From assembly GCA_050949315.1 (NCBI GenBank), contig JBMNFL010000001.1, positions 224,001-288,000 of the forward strand: a stretch of 64,000 nt of DNA, given 5' to 3'. The notes below the pieces were generated by a model, which was not told the DNA's origin, did no database searches, and saw only the letters and a list, made by a program, of their open reading frames with translations. A program made the position numbers and the translations under genes. This document shows positions 1 to 9,628 of this stretch, one piece after another; within the stretch, counting starts at the first letter, position 1; the number at the start of each line of letters is the position of its first letter. Source of the DNA: Bacilli bacterium. Lineage in GTDB: Bacteria > Bacillota_I > Bacilli_A > RFN20 > UBA1709.

Positions 1-1
1 T

Positions 2-796
2 GGCCACCTTTATTGCTTTGATTGTGATATCGAAGCGATTATGAGTGCTGAAAATAAACTATCACAGGTTTCGAATAACTTTACTTTAATACGGGCGAAC
101 TTTCTTCAGATGTCAGAAGAACTCGCCAGTCGCGGTATAAGTGGTGTTGATGGCATTCTTTATGACTTAGGAGTTTCTTCCTATCAATTAGTTGATAGTG
201 ACCGAGGCTTTTCTTACAGAAAAGATAACCAGCTTGATATGCGCATGGATCAACGCCAAATATTAACAGCCAAAACTGTGGTAAATACCTACAGTGAGGA
301 TAAATTAGCAGAGCTGATTTACACGAATAGCAACGAGCGGTATGCACGCAAAATTGCGGCCGCCATCGTAAGAGCTCGTTTTCGAAAAGAAATATCCAGC
401 ACTCTTGAGTTAGCGGATATTATCAGTGCTGCTGTCCCTGGCAAAGCTAAAAGGGACGGGCACCCCGCAAAGCGGACTTTTCAAGCTATTCGAATTGAGG
501 TTAATGGAGAGTTAACAATTCTCCGCCAAAGCCTAACTAAAGCCTTGAAGTTGCTTAATAGTGGGGGCCGCCTTTGTGTCATTACCTTCCACTCAATTGA
601 GGACCGCATTGTTAAGCAATTATTCAAGGAAAGGGTCATTGGTTCTTCTTGGCGTCGAGGAATGCCGGTTACTTTAGATGAACCAAAGCCAAAATTTCGA
701 CTTATAACTAATAAGCCGATTCTACCATCTGACGATGAAATTCTAATCAACCACCGTTCACATAGCGCTAAGCTAAGAATCATCGAAAGAGTTTAG
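2..796 (+). CDS. rsmH: 16S rRNA m4C1402 methyltransferase RsmH (5' end outside window)
   Basis: DLGVSSYQL, LDMRMD, HPAKRTFQAIRIEVN, ITFHSIEDRIVK and SAKLR motifs; frame open back to position 2 (GHLYCFDCD). Confidence 0.97.
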   Translation, partial: GHLYCFDCDIEAIMSAENKLSQVSNNFTLIRANFLQMSEELASRGISGVDGILYDLGVSSYQLVDSDRGFSYRKDNQLDMRMDQRQILTAKTVVNTYSEDKLAELIYTNSNERYARKIAAAIVRARFRKEISSTLELADIISAAVPGKAKRDGHPAKRTFQAIRIEVNGELTILRQSLTKALKLLNSGGRLCVITFHSIEDRIVKQLFKERVIGSSWRRGMPVTLDEPKPKFRLITNKPILPSDDEILINHRSHSAKLRIIERV

Positions 797-800
797 AAAG

Positions 801-835
801 AAAGACCATTTTGCTTCTTAAGATGGTCTTTTTTT
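801..835 (+). terminator. Intrinsic terminator after rsmH
   Basis: aagaccat..atggtctt hairpin followed by T-tract. Confidence 0.7.
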
Positions 836-1048
836 AGTCTTGTTATCGGGCTTTATTGTCTACTGTTTATACGTTTTTGTTTCTTTCTTGGCTTTTATTA
901 GAAATAAAGGAAAAGGTTAAAACTGCTTTAGAATTCCTCGTTTAGAGGTTTAACAAGGTCAATCTTGGCATTCTTTTTTGGAAAAGCGTCAATTTTGCTA
1001 TACAACTTTAACATTTTTATGTTAAAATCACTAAGAGGTGTTTCTAAA

Positions 1049-2185
1049 ATGGTAGCCAGTCAGATTTACACAGCTTTGGATATCGGCGAGAGTATCACCA
1101 AGTTAGTAGTTGGTGTTGTTCATAGTGCGAAATTGCATGTATGTGCCACCTATAAAACCCTAACTAAAGGGGTTAAAGATGGGGAGATTTATTCCAAAAC
1201 TGAGTTACAGACCGTGCTGACGACGCTGTTAGATCGCGCCCGGGGCGAAGGTTTTAATGTTCGAGAAATTGTTTTAGTTTTACCTTCTAACAACATGAAT
1301 ATTTACCGTAAAAAAGCGGAGAATGTCATTCCTCAAACGCGCCTAATTTCGCCGGCTGATATCAAATTGTTAAAAAAAGCTGTTTGTAAACACCAGATTA
1401 TGGACCACGAAATGGTAATAGGGGTTTATCCTATTCAATATATGGTAGGCAATGATATTTACAAAAATGAACCAACAGGAATTCGCGGCAACAAGATTGT
1501 CTTGGATGCCTTTTTGATTACCGCGCCTATTGCCATCGCTCGGGGCTATGTGGATTTATTGCAAGATATGGAAATCACCGTTGTTGATGTAATTATCGCC
1601 CCCTTGGCCAATGCCTCGCTTCTACTTAAGTCCCAAGAATACAAAAAAGGCGCTTTGATTTTAGACCTTGGGGCCCAGAACAATTCAGTGGCCACTTTCT
1701 ATGACTATCTTTTCTGTGGATATAAGCAGGGTTATTTAGGAACGGAAAAAATTATTGAAGATTTGATGAAAAATTATGATATCGATATTAAGAATGCACG
1801 TTCAATTTATCAAACCTATGGCAGTGCTGATTTAGCTGGAGCTAGCAACATTGGGGTTTTACAGTTACCGGGTAGTGAAAGATCGATACCAGAAATTGAA
1901 ATCGTTACCTTGGTTGACAATGTTTTAAATATGATTCTAACCGAGGTTAAAGAAAATATAGAGTTTTTAGTAAAAGATGCGAATTTGCCCTTAATTATCA
2001 CCGGTGGTGGGGCGTTAATACCTGCCATTGCTGAAAAATGTGAACAATTTTTGGGCCTAAAGTGTCACAGTCGTAATTTTGGTAGAATTGGTGGTTTCAA
2101 TCCGCAGTTTAATGCGGCAATTGGCGGTTTAGTCAATTACTTGGCCAACAATTCGTTAATCAATATTAGTTTGGTGCAGATTTAA
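1049..2185 (+). CDS. ftsA: Cell division protein FtsA (divergent)
   Basis: ALDIG, LDLGA and ITGGG actin-fold motifs; directly upstream of ftsZ; ATG 1049 with GAGGTG RBS preferred over TTG 965. Confidence 0.88.
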   Translation: MVASQIYTALDIGESITKLVVGVVHSAKLHVCATYKTLTKGVKDGEIYSKTELQTVLTTLLDRARGEGFNVREIVLVLPSNNMNIYRKKAENVIPQTRLISPADIKLLKKAVCKHQIMDHEMVIGVYPIQYMVGNDIYKNEPTGIRGNKIVLDAFLITAPIAIARGYVDLLQDMEITVVDVIIAPLANASLLLKSQEYKKGALILDLGAQNNSVATFYDYLFCGYKQGYLGTEKIIEDLMKNYDIDIKNARSIYQTYGSADLAGASNIGVLQLPGSERSIPEIEIVTLVDNVLNMILTEVKENIEFLVKDANLPLIITGGGALIPAIAEKCEQFLGLKCHSRNFGRIGGFNPQFNAAIGGLVNYLANNSLINISLVQI

Positions 2186-2198
2186 AGGGGGATAGTAA

Positions 2199-3374
2199 AT
2201 GAGTACAGATGTTGAAAAGCAATTTGTCGCTACTATCAAAGTTATAGGTGTTGGCGGTGCTGGCAATAACGCGGTCAATCGGATGGCCAAAGAACACATG
2301 GAAGGTGTGGAGTTTTGGGCTGTCAATACCGATGCTCAGGTCCTCTTTTCTGTTGATGTTGAAAACAAGATTACCCTAGGTGAGAATATCACTAAAGGTT
2401 TAGGCGCTGGGGCTAGACCCGATGTTGGAAAACAAGCCGCGGAAGCTAGTCTTGATGCCCTTAAAAATGCGATTAGAGGGGCCGATATGGTCTTTATCGC
2501 GGCCGGTATGGGTGGAGGGACCGGAACTGGAGCTTCACCAGTTATCGCGCGCTTGTGTCGGGAAATGGGCTGTCTTACCATAGGTATTGTGACTCGGCCT
2601 TTTACCTTTGAAGGTAAGGTCCGCAACGAACACGCGGTTGAAGGCCTACAAAAGTTGCGCCAGAATGTAGACTCTTTAATTGTCATCTCTAACGATCAAT
2701 TGTTACAGATGAGTGGGGATATTCCCTTAAGTGATTCTTTTGGACAGGCTGATGATATTCTCTGTCATAGTGTTAAAACCATAACCGAACTTATTTTACA
2801 ACCGGCCATTATCAATCTTGATTTTGCGGATGTTCGTAATATTATGCTCAATAAAGGCACAGCCTTAATTGGTATGGGTAGAGGAAGAGGAGATAATATG
2901 GCCCGTGAAGCGGCCGAACAAGCGGTGTCTTCACCCTTACTTGAAGCCTCGATATCCGGAGCCCGTAATGCCATCGTAAATATTAAAGGTGGTAGGAAGA
3001 TGACTTTGCTCGATGCCAACGAAGCGGTGGAAATTGTTAGGGAAGCGGCTGGCGATTCCGATATCAATGTGATTTTTGGAGTTAGTGTTGATCAAAGTTT
3101 AGATGATGAGATGTTAGTTACTGTCATTGCAACCGAATTTGTCGGTGGTGACATTCATAAAGTCAGTCACCCAAATATTACGGGTAAAGGCAGTATGACT
3201 TTAGATTTAGGTAGCAATCAAATTCAGCGAGTTGATTCTGAAATTTTCAAGAATGCCAAGAAAAAAGGCGATGAAAATCAGTTCTTTAGTCCTGAAAAGG
3301 AAGCGGGAAGAACGGAACCTTTAGCTGATGATGATTCGATGTTACCGGCCTTTTTGAGGCGCAGGAATAATTAG
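2199..3374 (+). CDS. ftsZ: Cell division protein FtsZ
   Basis: GVGGAGNNAV, GMGGGTGTGA tubulin signature, INLDFADV, C-terminal LPAFLRRR peptide. Confidence 0.99.
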   Translation: MSTDVEKQFVATIKVIGVGGAGNNAVNRMAKEHMEGVEFWAVNTDAQVLFSVDVENKITLGENITKGLGAGARPDVGKQAAEASLDALKNAIRGADMVFIAAGMGGGTGTGASPVIARLCREMGCLTIGIVTRPFTFEGKVRNEHAVEGLQKLRQNVDSLIVISNDQLLQMSGDIPLSDSFGQADDILCHSVKTITELILQPAIINLDFADVRNIMLNKGTALIGMGRGRGDNMAREAAEQAVSSPLLEASISGARNAIVNIKGGRKMTLLDANEAVEIVREAAGDSDINVIFGVSVDQSLDDEMLVTVIATEFVGGDIHKVSHPNITGKGSMTLDLGSNQIQRVDSEIFKNAKKKGDENQFFSPEKEAGRTEPLADDDSMLPAFLRRRNN

Positions 3375-3388
3375 GGGAGGTAGAGTTT

Positions 3389-3790
3389 ATGGCTGAAAAC
3401 AAAGTTAAGAAATTTTATTTCCCTAATGAAGAGAATTATAGTGGTGATGAGGGACAAGATCAGTACAGCATTCCCCAAAATCCTTATCAAAAAAGTGGTT
3501 TTGCCGATACTAACGTTTTATATGAACGGGCCGATGATCTGCCAGAATATCGGGGGAGTACGGCTAATACTTTGGTCTTTAATCCCCAAGCCTATGATGA
3601 TGCCGAAGAAATTGCTCGACAAATTGTCGGTGGCAGTTCGGTTATCGTCAATCTTGAGCATTTAATTAGGCAGACCGAAAACCGCTTAATTGCTCAACGC
3701 ATTATTGATTATCTTTGCGGAGTGGCTTTTGCTAAAGAAATCACGGTGCGCAAAATTAATGCCACAACCTTCTTGATTTCACGGGAGTGA
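3389..3790 (+). CDS. sepF: Cell division protein SepF
   Basis: P-x-x-YDDAEEIA, VIVNL, RIIDYLCG motifs; position after ftsZ. Confidence 0.9.
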   Translation: MAENKVKKFYFPNEENYSGDEGQDQYSIPQNPYQKSGFADTNVLYERADDLPEYRGSTANTLVFNPQAYDDAEEIARQIVGGSSVIVNLEHLIRQTENRLIAQRIIDYLCGVAFAKEITVRKINATTFLISRE

Positions 3791-3811
3791 GCAAGTAAAA
3801 GTAAGTAAAAA

Positions 3812-4030
3812 TCGTTGATGAAGACAAGATTTTAAGGTCAGTTTTTCAAGAGACTTGATGGTAGCTGCGAATCAAGAAAACCCCTTAAGATTATCACTTC
3901 GGAGAGTTGTTTTGAAAAAAAGTAGGAACAAACGCTTGCTAGCGTTATCACTTAAGTAAGGGCATAGTGCAAACTATGAACGAGGATGGTAACGCGGTTA
4001 AAATCGTTCCTCACGAGGCGCGATTTTTTA
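3812..4030 (+). promoter_or_regulatory. T-box riboswitch (Ile specifier ATC) upstream of ileS
   Basis: AGAGA box at about 3849, GCTG motif, specifier ATC at 3893-3895, T-box GAGGATGGTAACGCG at 3982-3996, terminator hairpin and T-tract. Confidence 0.88.
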
Positions 4031-4049
4031 TTTAAAGGAGATAGAGACG

Positions 4050-6800
4050 ATGGAAATCAAAAATTCATTAACCATGCCGAAAACCGCCTTTGAGATGCGG
4101 GGCAATTTACCTAAAAAGGAACCAGCACTTGTTAAAAAGTGGGAAGAGATGGACCTTTATCAAAAAATGCTTGAAAAGAATGAAGGGAAGCCTTGCTTTC
4201 TACTTCATGATGGGCCACCTTATGCCAATGGTAATATTCATATCGGTCATGCCATGAATAAAATCTTAAAAGATTTTATCGTTCGTTATAAAAACATGGC
4301 AGGTTTTTATGCTCCTTTTGTGCCGGGCTGGGATACGCACGGCTTACCTATTGAGTCGGTTTTAGCTAAAAAAGGGGTACGCCGGAAAGAAATTCCCTTA
4401 CCTGAGTATCGCAATTTATGTCGAGATTATGCTTTACAGCAAGTTGCTAATCAAAAGTTAGAGTTTTTAAGATTAGGTAGTATTGGGGAATACGATAATC
4501 CCTATATAACCTTAGATAAAAATTATGAGGCTGATCAAATCCGCATCTTCGGTCAAATGGCCATGCAGGGTTTAGTCTACAAAGGGGTTAAGCCGGTTTA
4601 TTGGTCGCCTTCTAGTGAATCATCTCTTGCCGAGGCGGAGATTGAATATCACGATGTCACTTCTTCTTCTATCTATGTAGCCTTTAAGGTCAGTGATCCT
4701 AAAGGTGTTTTAGAAGGGGATGAGTCCTTTGTTATTTGGACCACTACGCCTTGGACTATTCCGGCTAACCTAGCCATTTGTTTGAATGCGAGATTAGAGT
4801 ATGGTGTTTATGAAAGCGATCGTGGTGTTTTCATCTTCCTAAGCTCACTGGCTGAGGAATTAAGTAAGGAACTAGCTTTAGAAAATATTAAATTACGTAA
4901 GACTTTCTTAGGAAAAGACTTAGAGGGTCTTAAAACAAAACATCCCTTGTATCAACGCGAATCTGTAATTATTCTTGGTGATCACGTCACCGCTGAAGCG
5001 GGAACGGGTTGTGTCCATACCGCTCCCGGTCATGGTGAAGATGACTTTATTGTCGGTCGGCAGTACGGCCTTGATGTTCTCTGTCCCGTGGATGAGAAGG
5101 GTTATATGATGGAAGAAGCTGGACCTGAACTTGCTGGTCTTTTCTATGAAGAGGCTAACGACAAGGTTTTAAAGCTTTTAGATGCTGAAAAGGCCTTATT
5201 AAAGGAAACACCTATCACCCACTCCTATCCCCATGACTGGCGGACTAAGAAGCCGATTATCTTTAGGGTTACCGCTCAGTGGTTTGTTTCAATCGAGCCG
5301 ATTAAGGAGCAACTTCTTGAAGAGATTAAAAAGGTTAAGTGGTATCCCAGTTGGGGCGAATTGCGCTTAGCAAATATGATTAAAGAACGTTATGATTGGT
5401 GTATTTCTAGACAGAGAGTCTGGGGTGTTCCCTTACCGATTATCTATTGTGAGGATGAAACACCTTTACTAGAACAAGAACTCTTTGATCACTATGAGGG
5501 TCTATTTAGGAAATATGGTTCTAATGTCTGGTTTGAGCGGGAAGCTAAAGATTTATTACCGGAAGGTTATAAAAATCCCCATAGTCCTAATGGTCTATTT
5601 AGAAAAGAAACCGATATCATGGATGTTTGGTTTGATTCGGGCTCTTCGCATACTGGTGTTTTAATAGCTAGAGGCTATGGCTATCCAGCCGATCTTTATT
5701 TAGAGGGCAGTGATCAATATCGCGGTTGGTTTAACTCTTCTTTAACTATAGGTGTGGCTGCCCATAAAAGATCCCCCTATAAAATTTTGGTTTCTCATGG
5801 CTTTGCCCTTGATAATAAAGGGATAAAGCAATCAAAGTCCTTAGGTAATGTCGTCGACCCCCAAAAGGTCTGTACGGTCTATGGGGCCGATATTTTAAGG
5901 CTGTGGTCGGCGAGTATTGATTACCAAGCCGATATGCGAATCAGCGATGAGATATTAAAGCATGTAGCTGAGAGTTATCGTAAGATTCGTAACACCCTGC
6001 GCTTCTTAATCGCGAATCTAAGCGATGGCGCCTATGGTCGTTATAATGAGATAGAAAACCGCCCAGATAGTTTAGAGGTAATTGATGAACTAATTCTCAA
6101 TAAACTACAAACAGTTATCAATAATGTCATAAAAGCCTATGATGACTATGACTTTAATAGTGTCAGCAGTGAACTGCTTAATTTCATGTCGGTTGATCTG
6201 AGTTCCTTCTATTTAGATATCGCTAAAGATATCCTTTATTGTGATCATTATGACTCCTTAAGAAGAAGACAAGTACAGAGTGTTCTTTACCAAGTTTTGG
6301 ATTCTTTAGTCCGTCTTTTAACACCAATTTTACCCTTTACCATGGAAGAGGTTTATAGTTTTATGGAGCCTAAGGAAGAATCTGTGCAGTTACTTGATAT
6401 GCCTAAAGCTAAAGAAAGTAATGCTCAATTAAGCCGCGACTATAACGATCTACTAGCTCTGCGCTCGCAGGTTTTAAAGGCCTTAGAAGAGGCTCGTAAT
6501 GCGGGTTTGATTGGTTCTGCGCAGGAGGCTTATGTAGAACTAGAAATCAATGATGAGAAGTTAAAGAAACTCTATCGGAAGTTAAATAAAGTTGAACAGC
6601 AGCGCTTCTTTATCGTTTCTACGGTCAAGGAAGTTAGGAATTTAGAGGCACCTGATTATGGACTAGTTAAGGTTAAAGTTTTAGCCCACTCAGGTAAAAA
6701 GTGTGTTCGTTGCTGGAATCGCTTTGAGAGTTTAGATGAAAATGAACTCTGTCCGCGTTGCGCCAAGGTTTATAAGGCTTATCTTGAAAAGGAAGAGTAG
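4050..6800 (+). CDS. ileS: Isoleucine--tRNA ligase (bacterial type 1)
   Basis: DGPPYANG-HIGH, GWDTHGLPIE, WCISRQR, EGSDQYRGWF, KQSKS, C-terminal CxxC..CxxC Zn motif. Confidence 0.99.
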   Translation: MEIKNSLTMPKTAFEMRGNLPKKEPALVKKWEEMDLYQKMLEKNEGKPCFLLHDGPPYANGNIHIGHAMNKILKDFIVRYKNMAGFYAPFVPGWDTHGLPIESVLAKKGVRRKEIPLPEYRNLCRDYALQQVANQKLEFLRLGSIGEYDNPYITLDKNYEADQIRIFGQMAMQGLVYKGVKPVYWSPSSESSLAEAEIEYHDVTSSSIYVAFKVSDPKGVLEGDESFVIWTTTPWTIPANLAICLNARLEYGVYESDRGVFIFLSSLAEELSKELALENIKLRKTFLGKDLEGLKTKHPLYQRESVIILGDHVTAEAGTGCVHTAPGHGEDDFIVGRQYGLDVLCPVDEKGYMMEEAGPELAGLFYEEANDKVLKLLDAEKALLKETPITHSYPHDWRTKKPIIFRVTAQWFVSIEPIKEQLLEEIKKVKWYPSWGELRLANMIKERYDWCISRQRVWGVPLPIIYCEDETPLLEQELFDHYEGLFRKYGSNVWFEREAKDLLPEGYKNPHSPNGLFRKETDIMDVWFDSGSSHTGVLIARGYGYPADLYLEGSDQYRGWFNSSLTIGVAAHKRSPYKILVSHGFALDNKGIKQSKSLGNVVDPQKVCTVYGADILRLWSASIDYQADMRISDEILKHVAESYRKIRNTLRFLIANLSDGAYGRYNEIENRPDSLEVIDELILNKLQTVINNVIKAYDDYDFNSVSSELLNFMSVDLSSFYLDIAKDILYCDHYDSLRRRQVQSVLYQVLDSLVRLLTPILPFTMEEVYSFMEPKEESVQLLDMPKAKESNAQLSRDYNDLLALRSQVLKALEEARNAGLIGSAQEAYVELEINDEKLKKLYRKLNKVEQQRFFIVSTVKEVRNLEAPDYGLVKVKVLAHSGKKCVRCWNRFESLDENELCPRCAKVYKAYLEKEE

Positions 6801-6802
6801 AA

Positions 6803-7285
6803 GTGAAAAACAAAGCCCTGATCTTTTTGATTATCCCTTTGGGCCTAGTTGCTGATCAACTCAGCAAGTTTTGGGCTGCTAAACATTTGATAGGTAAGCC
6901 AATCTCTTTAATTGGTGATTGGTTTAGTTTTCACTATAGTGAGAATACTGGGGCAGCCTGGGGTGTTTTAAGTGATAAGACCTGGCTTTTAGCCCTTGTT
7001 TCCTGTATCGCCTGTATCTTAATCGGCCTTTATTATTTTCTAGGGAAATATCATTCAAAGCTCACGGGTTTTTCTTTAATTTTAATTTTTACTGGGGCGC
7101 TTGGTAATTTGCTTGATCGTCTTTTTCGGGGCTATGTCATTGACTTTATCAATTTGAATTTCTTTGCCCTTTTTGGTGGCGATTTCCCGATTTTTAATAT
7201 CGCTGATATCTTTGTCACTGTCGGGGTGGCTCTCTTAATTATCGCCCTGCTTTTCTTAGAAAAAGAGGAAGCTAGCCATGAATAA
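6803..7285 (+). CDS. lspA: Lipoprotein signal peptidase II
   Basis: DQLSK, NTGAAWG, GALGNLLDR, VIDFI, FNIAD motifs; ileS-lspA-rluD order. Confidence 0.96.
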   Translation: MKNKALIFLIIPLGLVADQLSKFWAAKHLIGKPISLIGDWFSFHYSENTGAAWGVLSDKTWLLALVSCIACILIGLYYFLGKYHSKLTGFSLILIFTGALGNLLDRLFRGYVIDFINLNFFALFGGDFPIFNIADIFVTVGVALLIIALLFLEKEEASHE

Positions 7286-8183
7286 ACACATCGTTAAAGA
7301 TTTCGAGGCTGGGCAAAGACTCGATAAGCTTTTAAGTCAAATTCTTAATATCTCTAGGGCCAAGATTCAAACGATGTTTAAAGATAACTTGATTTTTGTT
7401 GATGGTAAGATAGCGAAAGCTAGTTTAAAATTAAGTGAGGGTCAAGTCATAAGTTTTCAAGACTATGAAGTTCCTGATTTAAGGGTTGAGCCGGAAGCTA
7501 TTGATCTTGATATCATCTATGAAGATGAGGATGTTATTATTGTCAATAAGCCGATTGGAATGGTTGTTCATCCAGCTAATGGTCATTATCAAGGGACATT
7601 AGTCAATGCGCTCTTATATCATTTTGCGAAGTTATCGAGTTTAGCAGGGACGATTAGACCGGGTATTGTCCATCGTATTGATAAAGAAACCTCGGGTTTA
7701 ATAATGGTGGCTAAAAATGATGCCGCTCATCTTGCTTTGGCTAAGCAATTAAAAGAAAAAAGTGTCTATCGTCGTTATCTTGCCTTGGTTCAAGGAGAAG
7801 TCCCTCATAATGAGGGTAGTATTAAGGCTCCGATAGGTCGCTTGAAGAGTAATAGGAAGAAGATGGCTGTGGTGGCCGATGGCAAAGATGCCGTCACTCA
7901 TTTTAAAGTATTAGAGCGCTTTAATGGCTATACTTTGCTAGAATGTCTTTTAGAAAGTGGCAGAACCCATCAGATTCGCGTCCATCTGCAGTATATTAAA
8001 TTTCCAGTTGTTGGTGATGCTTTATACGGTAGTAAAAAAGCTCCCTATAAGGAGCAATTATTACATGCTGAGAGCTTGGCCTTTAAACATCCACGCAGTG
8101 GTGAGATGCTTAAGGTACAGGCCCCTTTGCCAGCCTATTTTGAAGAGGCTTTAAAAAACTTGCGCGAGAAAGCGCAGCTTTAA
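7278..8183 (+). CDS. rluD: RluA/RluD family 23S rRNA pseudouridine synthase
   Basis: N-terminal S4 (RLDK), NKPxGMVVHP, HRIDKETSG, GRTHQIRVH. Confidence 0.93.
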   Translation: MNKHIVKDFEAGQRLDKLLSQILNISRAKIQTMFKDNLIFVDGKIAKASLKLSEGQVISFQDYEVPDLRVEPEAIDLDIIYEDEDVIIVNKPIGMVVHPANGHYQGTLVNALLYHFAKLSSLAGTIRPGIVHRIDKETSGLIMVAKNDAAHLALAKQLKEKSVYRRYLALVQGEVPHNEGSIKAPIGRLKSNRKKMAVVADGKDAVTHFKVLERFNGYTLLECLLESGRTHQIRVHLQYIKFPVVGDALYGSKKAPYKEQLLHAESLAFKHPRSGEMLKVQAPLPAYFEEALKNLREKAQL

Positions 8184-8194
8184 GGAGGAAGAAA

Positions 8195-8656
8195 ATGATA
8201 AAGATTCTAAATTGGGACCAATATTTTATGAGCGTGGCGAAAATTACGGCTCTTAGGAGCAAAGATCCCAACACCCAAGTCGGCGCTTGTATTGTTAAGA
8301 ATAAGAGAATAGTCGGTTGTGGCTATAATGGTTTCCCCCGCGATTGTGAGGCTACAGAATTTCCTTGGGCTAGAGAAGGGGAATATTTTGAGACTAAATA
8401 TCCCTACGTTGTTCATGCGGAGTTAAATGCTATCTTTAATAGTACGGTAAATCTTGAGGGTTGCACCCTTTATGTGACCTTATTTCCCTGTCATGAATGT
8501 TGTAAAGCCATCATCCAAGCTGGCCTAAAAGAGATTGTTTATTGTGATGATAAGTATCTAGATGAACCAGGCGATGTTGCTGGCAAAAAAATGTTAGCGG
8601 CCGCTAAGGTTAGATACCGGAAAATTCCTGATTTTGAAGTAGAGGTTAAACTTTAG
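8195..8656 (+). CDS. dCMP deaminase (ComEB-like)
   Basis: RSKDPNTQVGA, HAELNAI, PCxxC zinc motif. Confidence 0.92.
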   Translation: MIKILNWDQYFMSVAKITALRSKDPNTQVGACIVKNKRIVGCGYNGFPRDCEATEFPWAREGEYFETKYPYVVHAELNAIFNSTVNLEGCTLYVTLFPCHECCKAIIQAGLKEIVYCDDKYLDEPGDVAGKKMLAAAKVRYRKIPDFEVEVKL

Positions 8657-8658
8657 AT

Positions 8659-9564
8659 TTAAAAGAGGGTTTCTTGTAAACTTTCTTGATATTTTTTGGT
8701 ATTTTTGAAATTTATTTTGGCGATCTTTCCTAAAAAAGCTTCGCCTTTTTCTTTGACGATCCTGTCGATAATCTGATTGACTTTTTCATTAGCCCCTAAG
8801 GGTAAAACATAACCCGTATAGGCGGCGAGTTCTTCCATCTTCTTTAGGAAAACATAACGGGCAAGGATGGAAGCAAGGGCGACGGCTGGTGATTTGGACT
8901 CACCCTTAGTTGTAAACTTAATATCATTAACAATATTTTTTTGTCCTTCTAGGTATTTATAATAATTCTTAGCTGGGGTGAATTGATCAACAACAAAATA
9001 AGGGATTTCTTCATCTTTAACTTTTTTTCTTAATAGGTGCAGGGCTTGATTGTGCAGGGCAGCCTTTAAACTATTCATATTCCAACCCTTTTTAATTAAA
9101 GAATTATACTTTTCATTATCTAAAACCATTAAAGAATAGGGGTATTTACGAATTAATTTTGGTCCGACTGTTAAAATAAAATCATCGCTGAGTTTTTTAG
9201 AATCACGAATTCCCAAACGATTTAACTCTTCAAGATTTTCTTCTTTTACATAACTAGCAACTACGACTATTGGTCCGAAATAGTCGCCAGTACCAACCTC
9301 ATCGCTACCGGCATGGTCGCTACTATAGAGCCATTTTACAGTGGGATCATAACCAAAGATTTCAGCTTCGCTCTGTGCGTTTTTACCTTGAAAAACTGCT
9401 TGCAAGCTATGGTAAATAGTGATAGAACAACCTTTGACCTTGGCCATAAAAATTACATATTCATTAGGATTCTCAACTTGATTATCAGCATAAAAACTTT
9501 TAATCTTTGTTAAAATCTCTTCATCAATCGCCCAAGAAATAATGTTTAATTTCATTTCAATCAC
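8659..9564 (-). CDS. rnhC: Ribonuclease HIII
   Basis: GSDEVGTGDYFGP, DSKKL, VDQF, VALASILAR; N-terminal TBP-like domain; divergent from mutS2. Confidence 0.95.
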   Translation of the reverse strand: MIEMKLNIISWAIDEEILTKIKSFYADNQVENPNEYVIFMAKVKGCSITIYHSLQAVFQGKNAQSEAEIFGYDPTVKWLYSSDHAGSDEVGTGDYFGPIVVVASYVKEENLEELNRLGIRDSKKLSDDFILTVGPKLIRKYPYSLMVLDNEKYNSLIKKGWNMNSLKAALHNQALHLLRKKVKDEEIPYFVVDQFTPAKNYYKYLEGQKNIVNDIKFTTKGESKSPAVALASILARYVFLKKMEELAAYTGYVLPLGANEKVNQIIDRIVKEKGEAFLGKIAKINFKNTKKYQESLQETLF

Positions 9565-9628
9565 CGCCTATATTTTAGCACATATTTTGTGACATTTAAT
9601 AGATAATTTGTTATCATAAATAAAGGAA

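Noticed and set aside
8195-8656. Deaminase as an anti-phage dCTP deaminase
   Set aside because: Short stand-alone dCMP deaminase without a kinase domain, in a housekeeping operon
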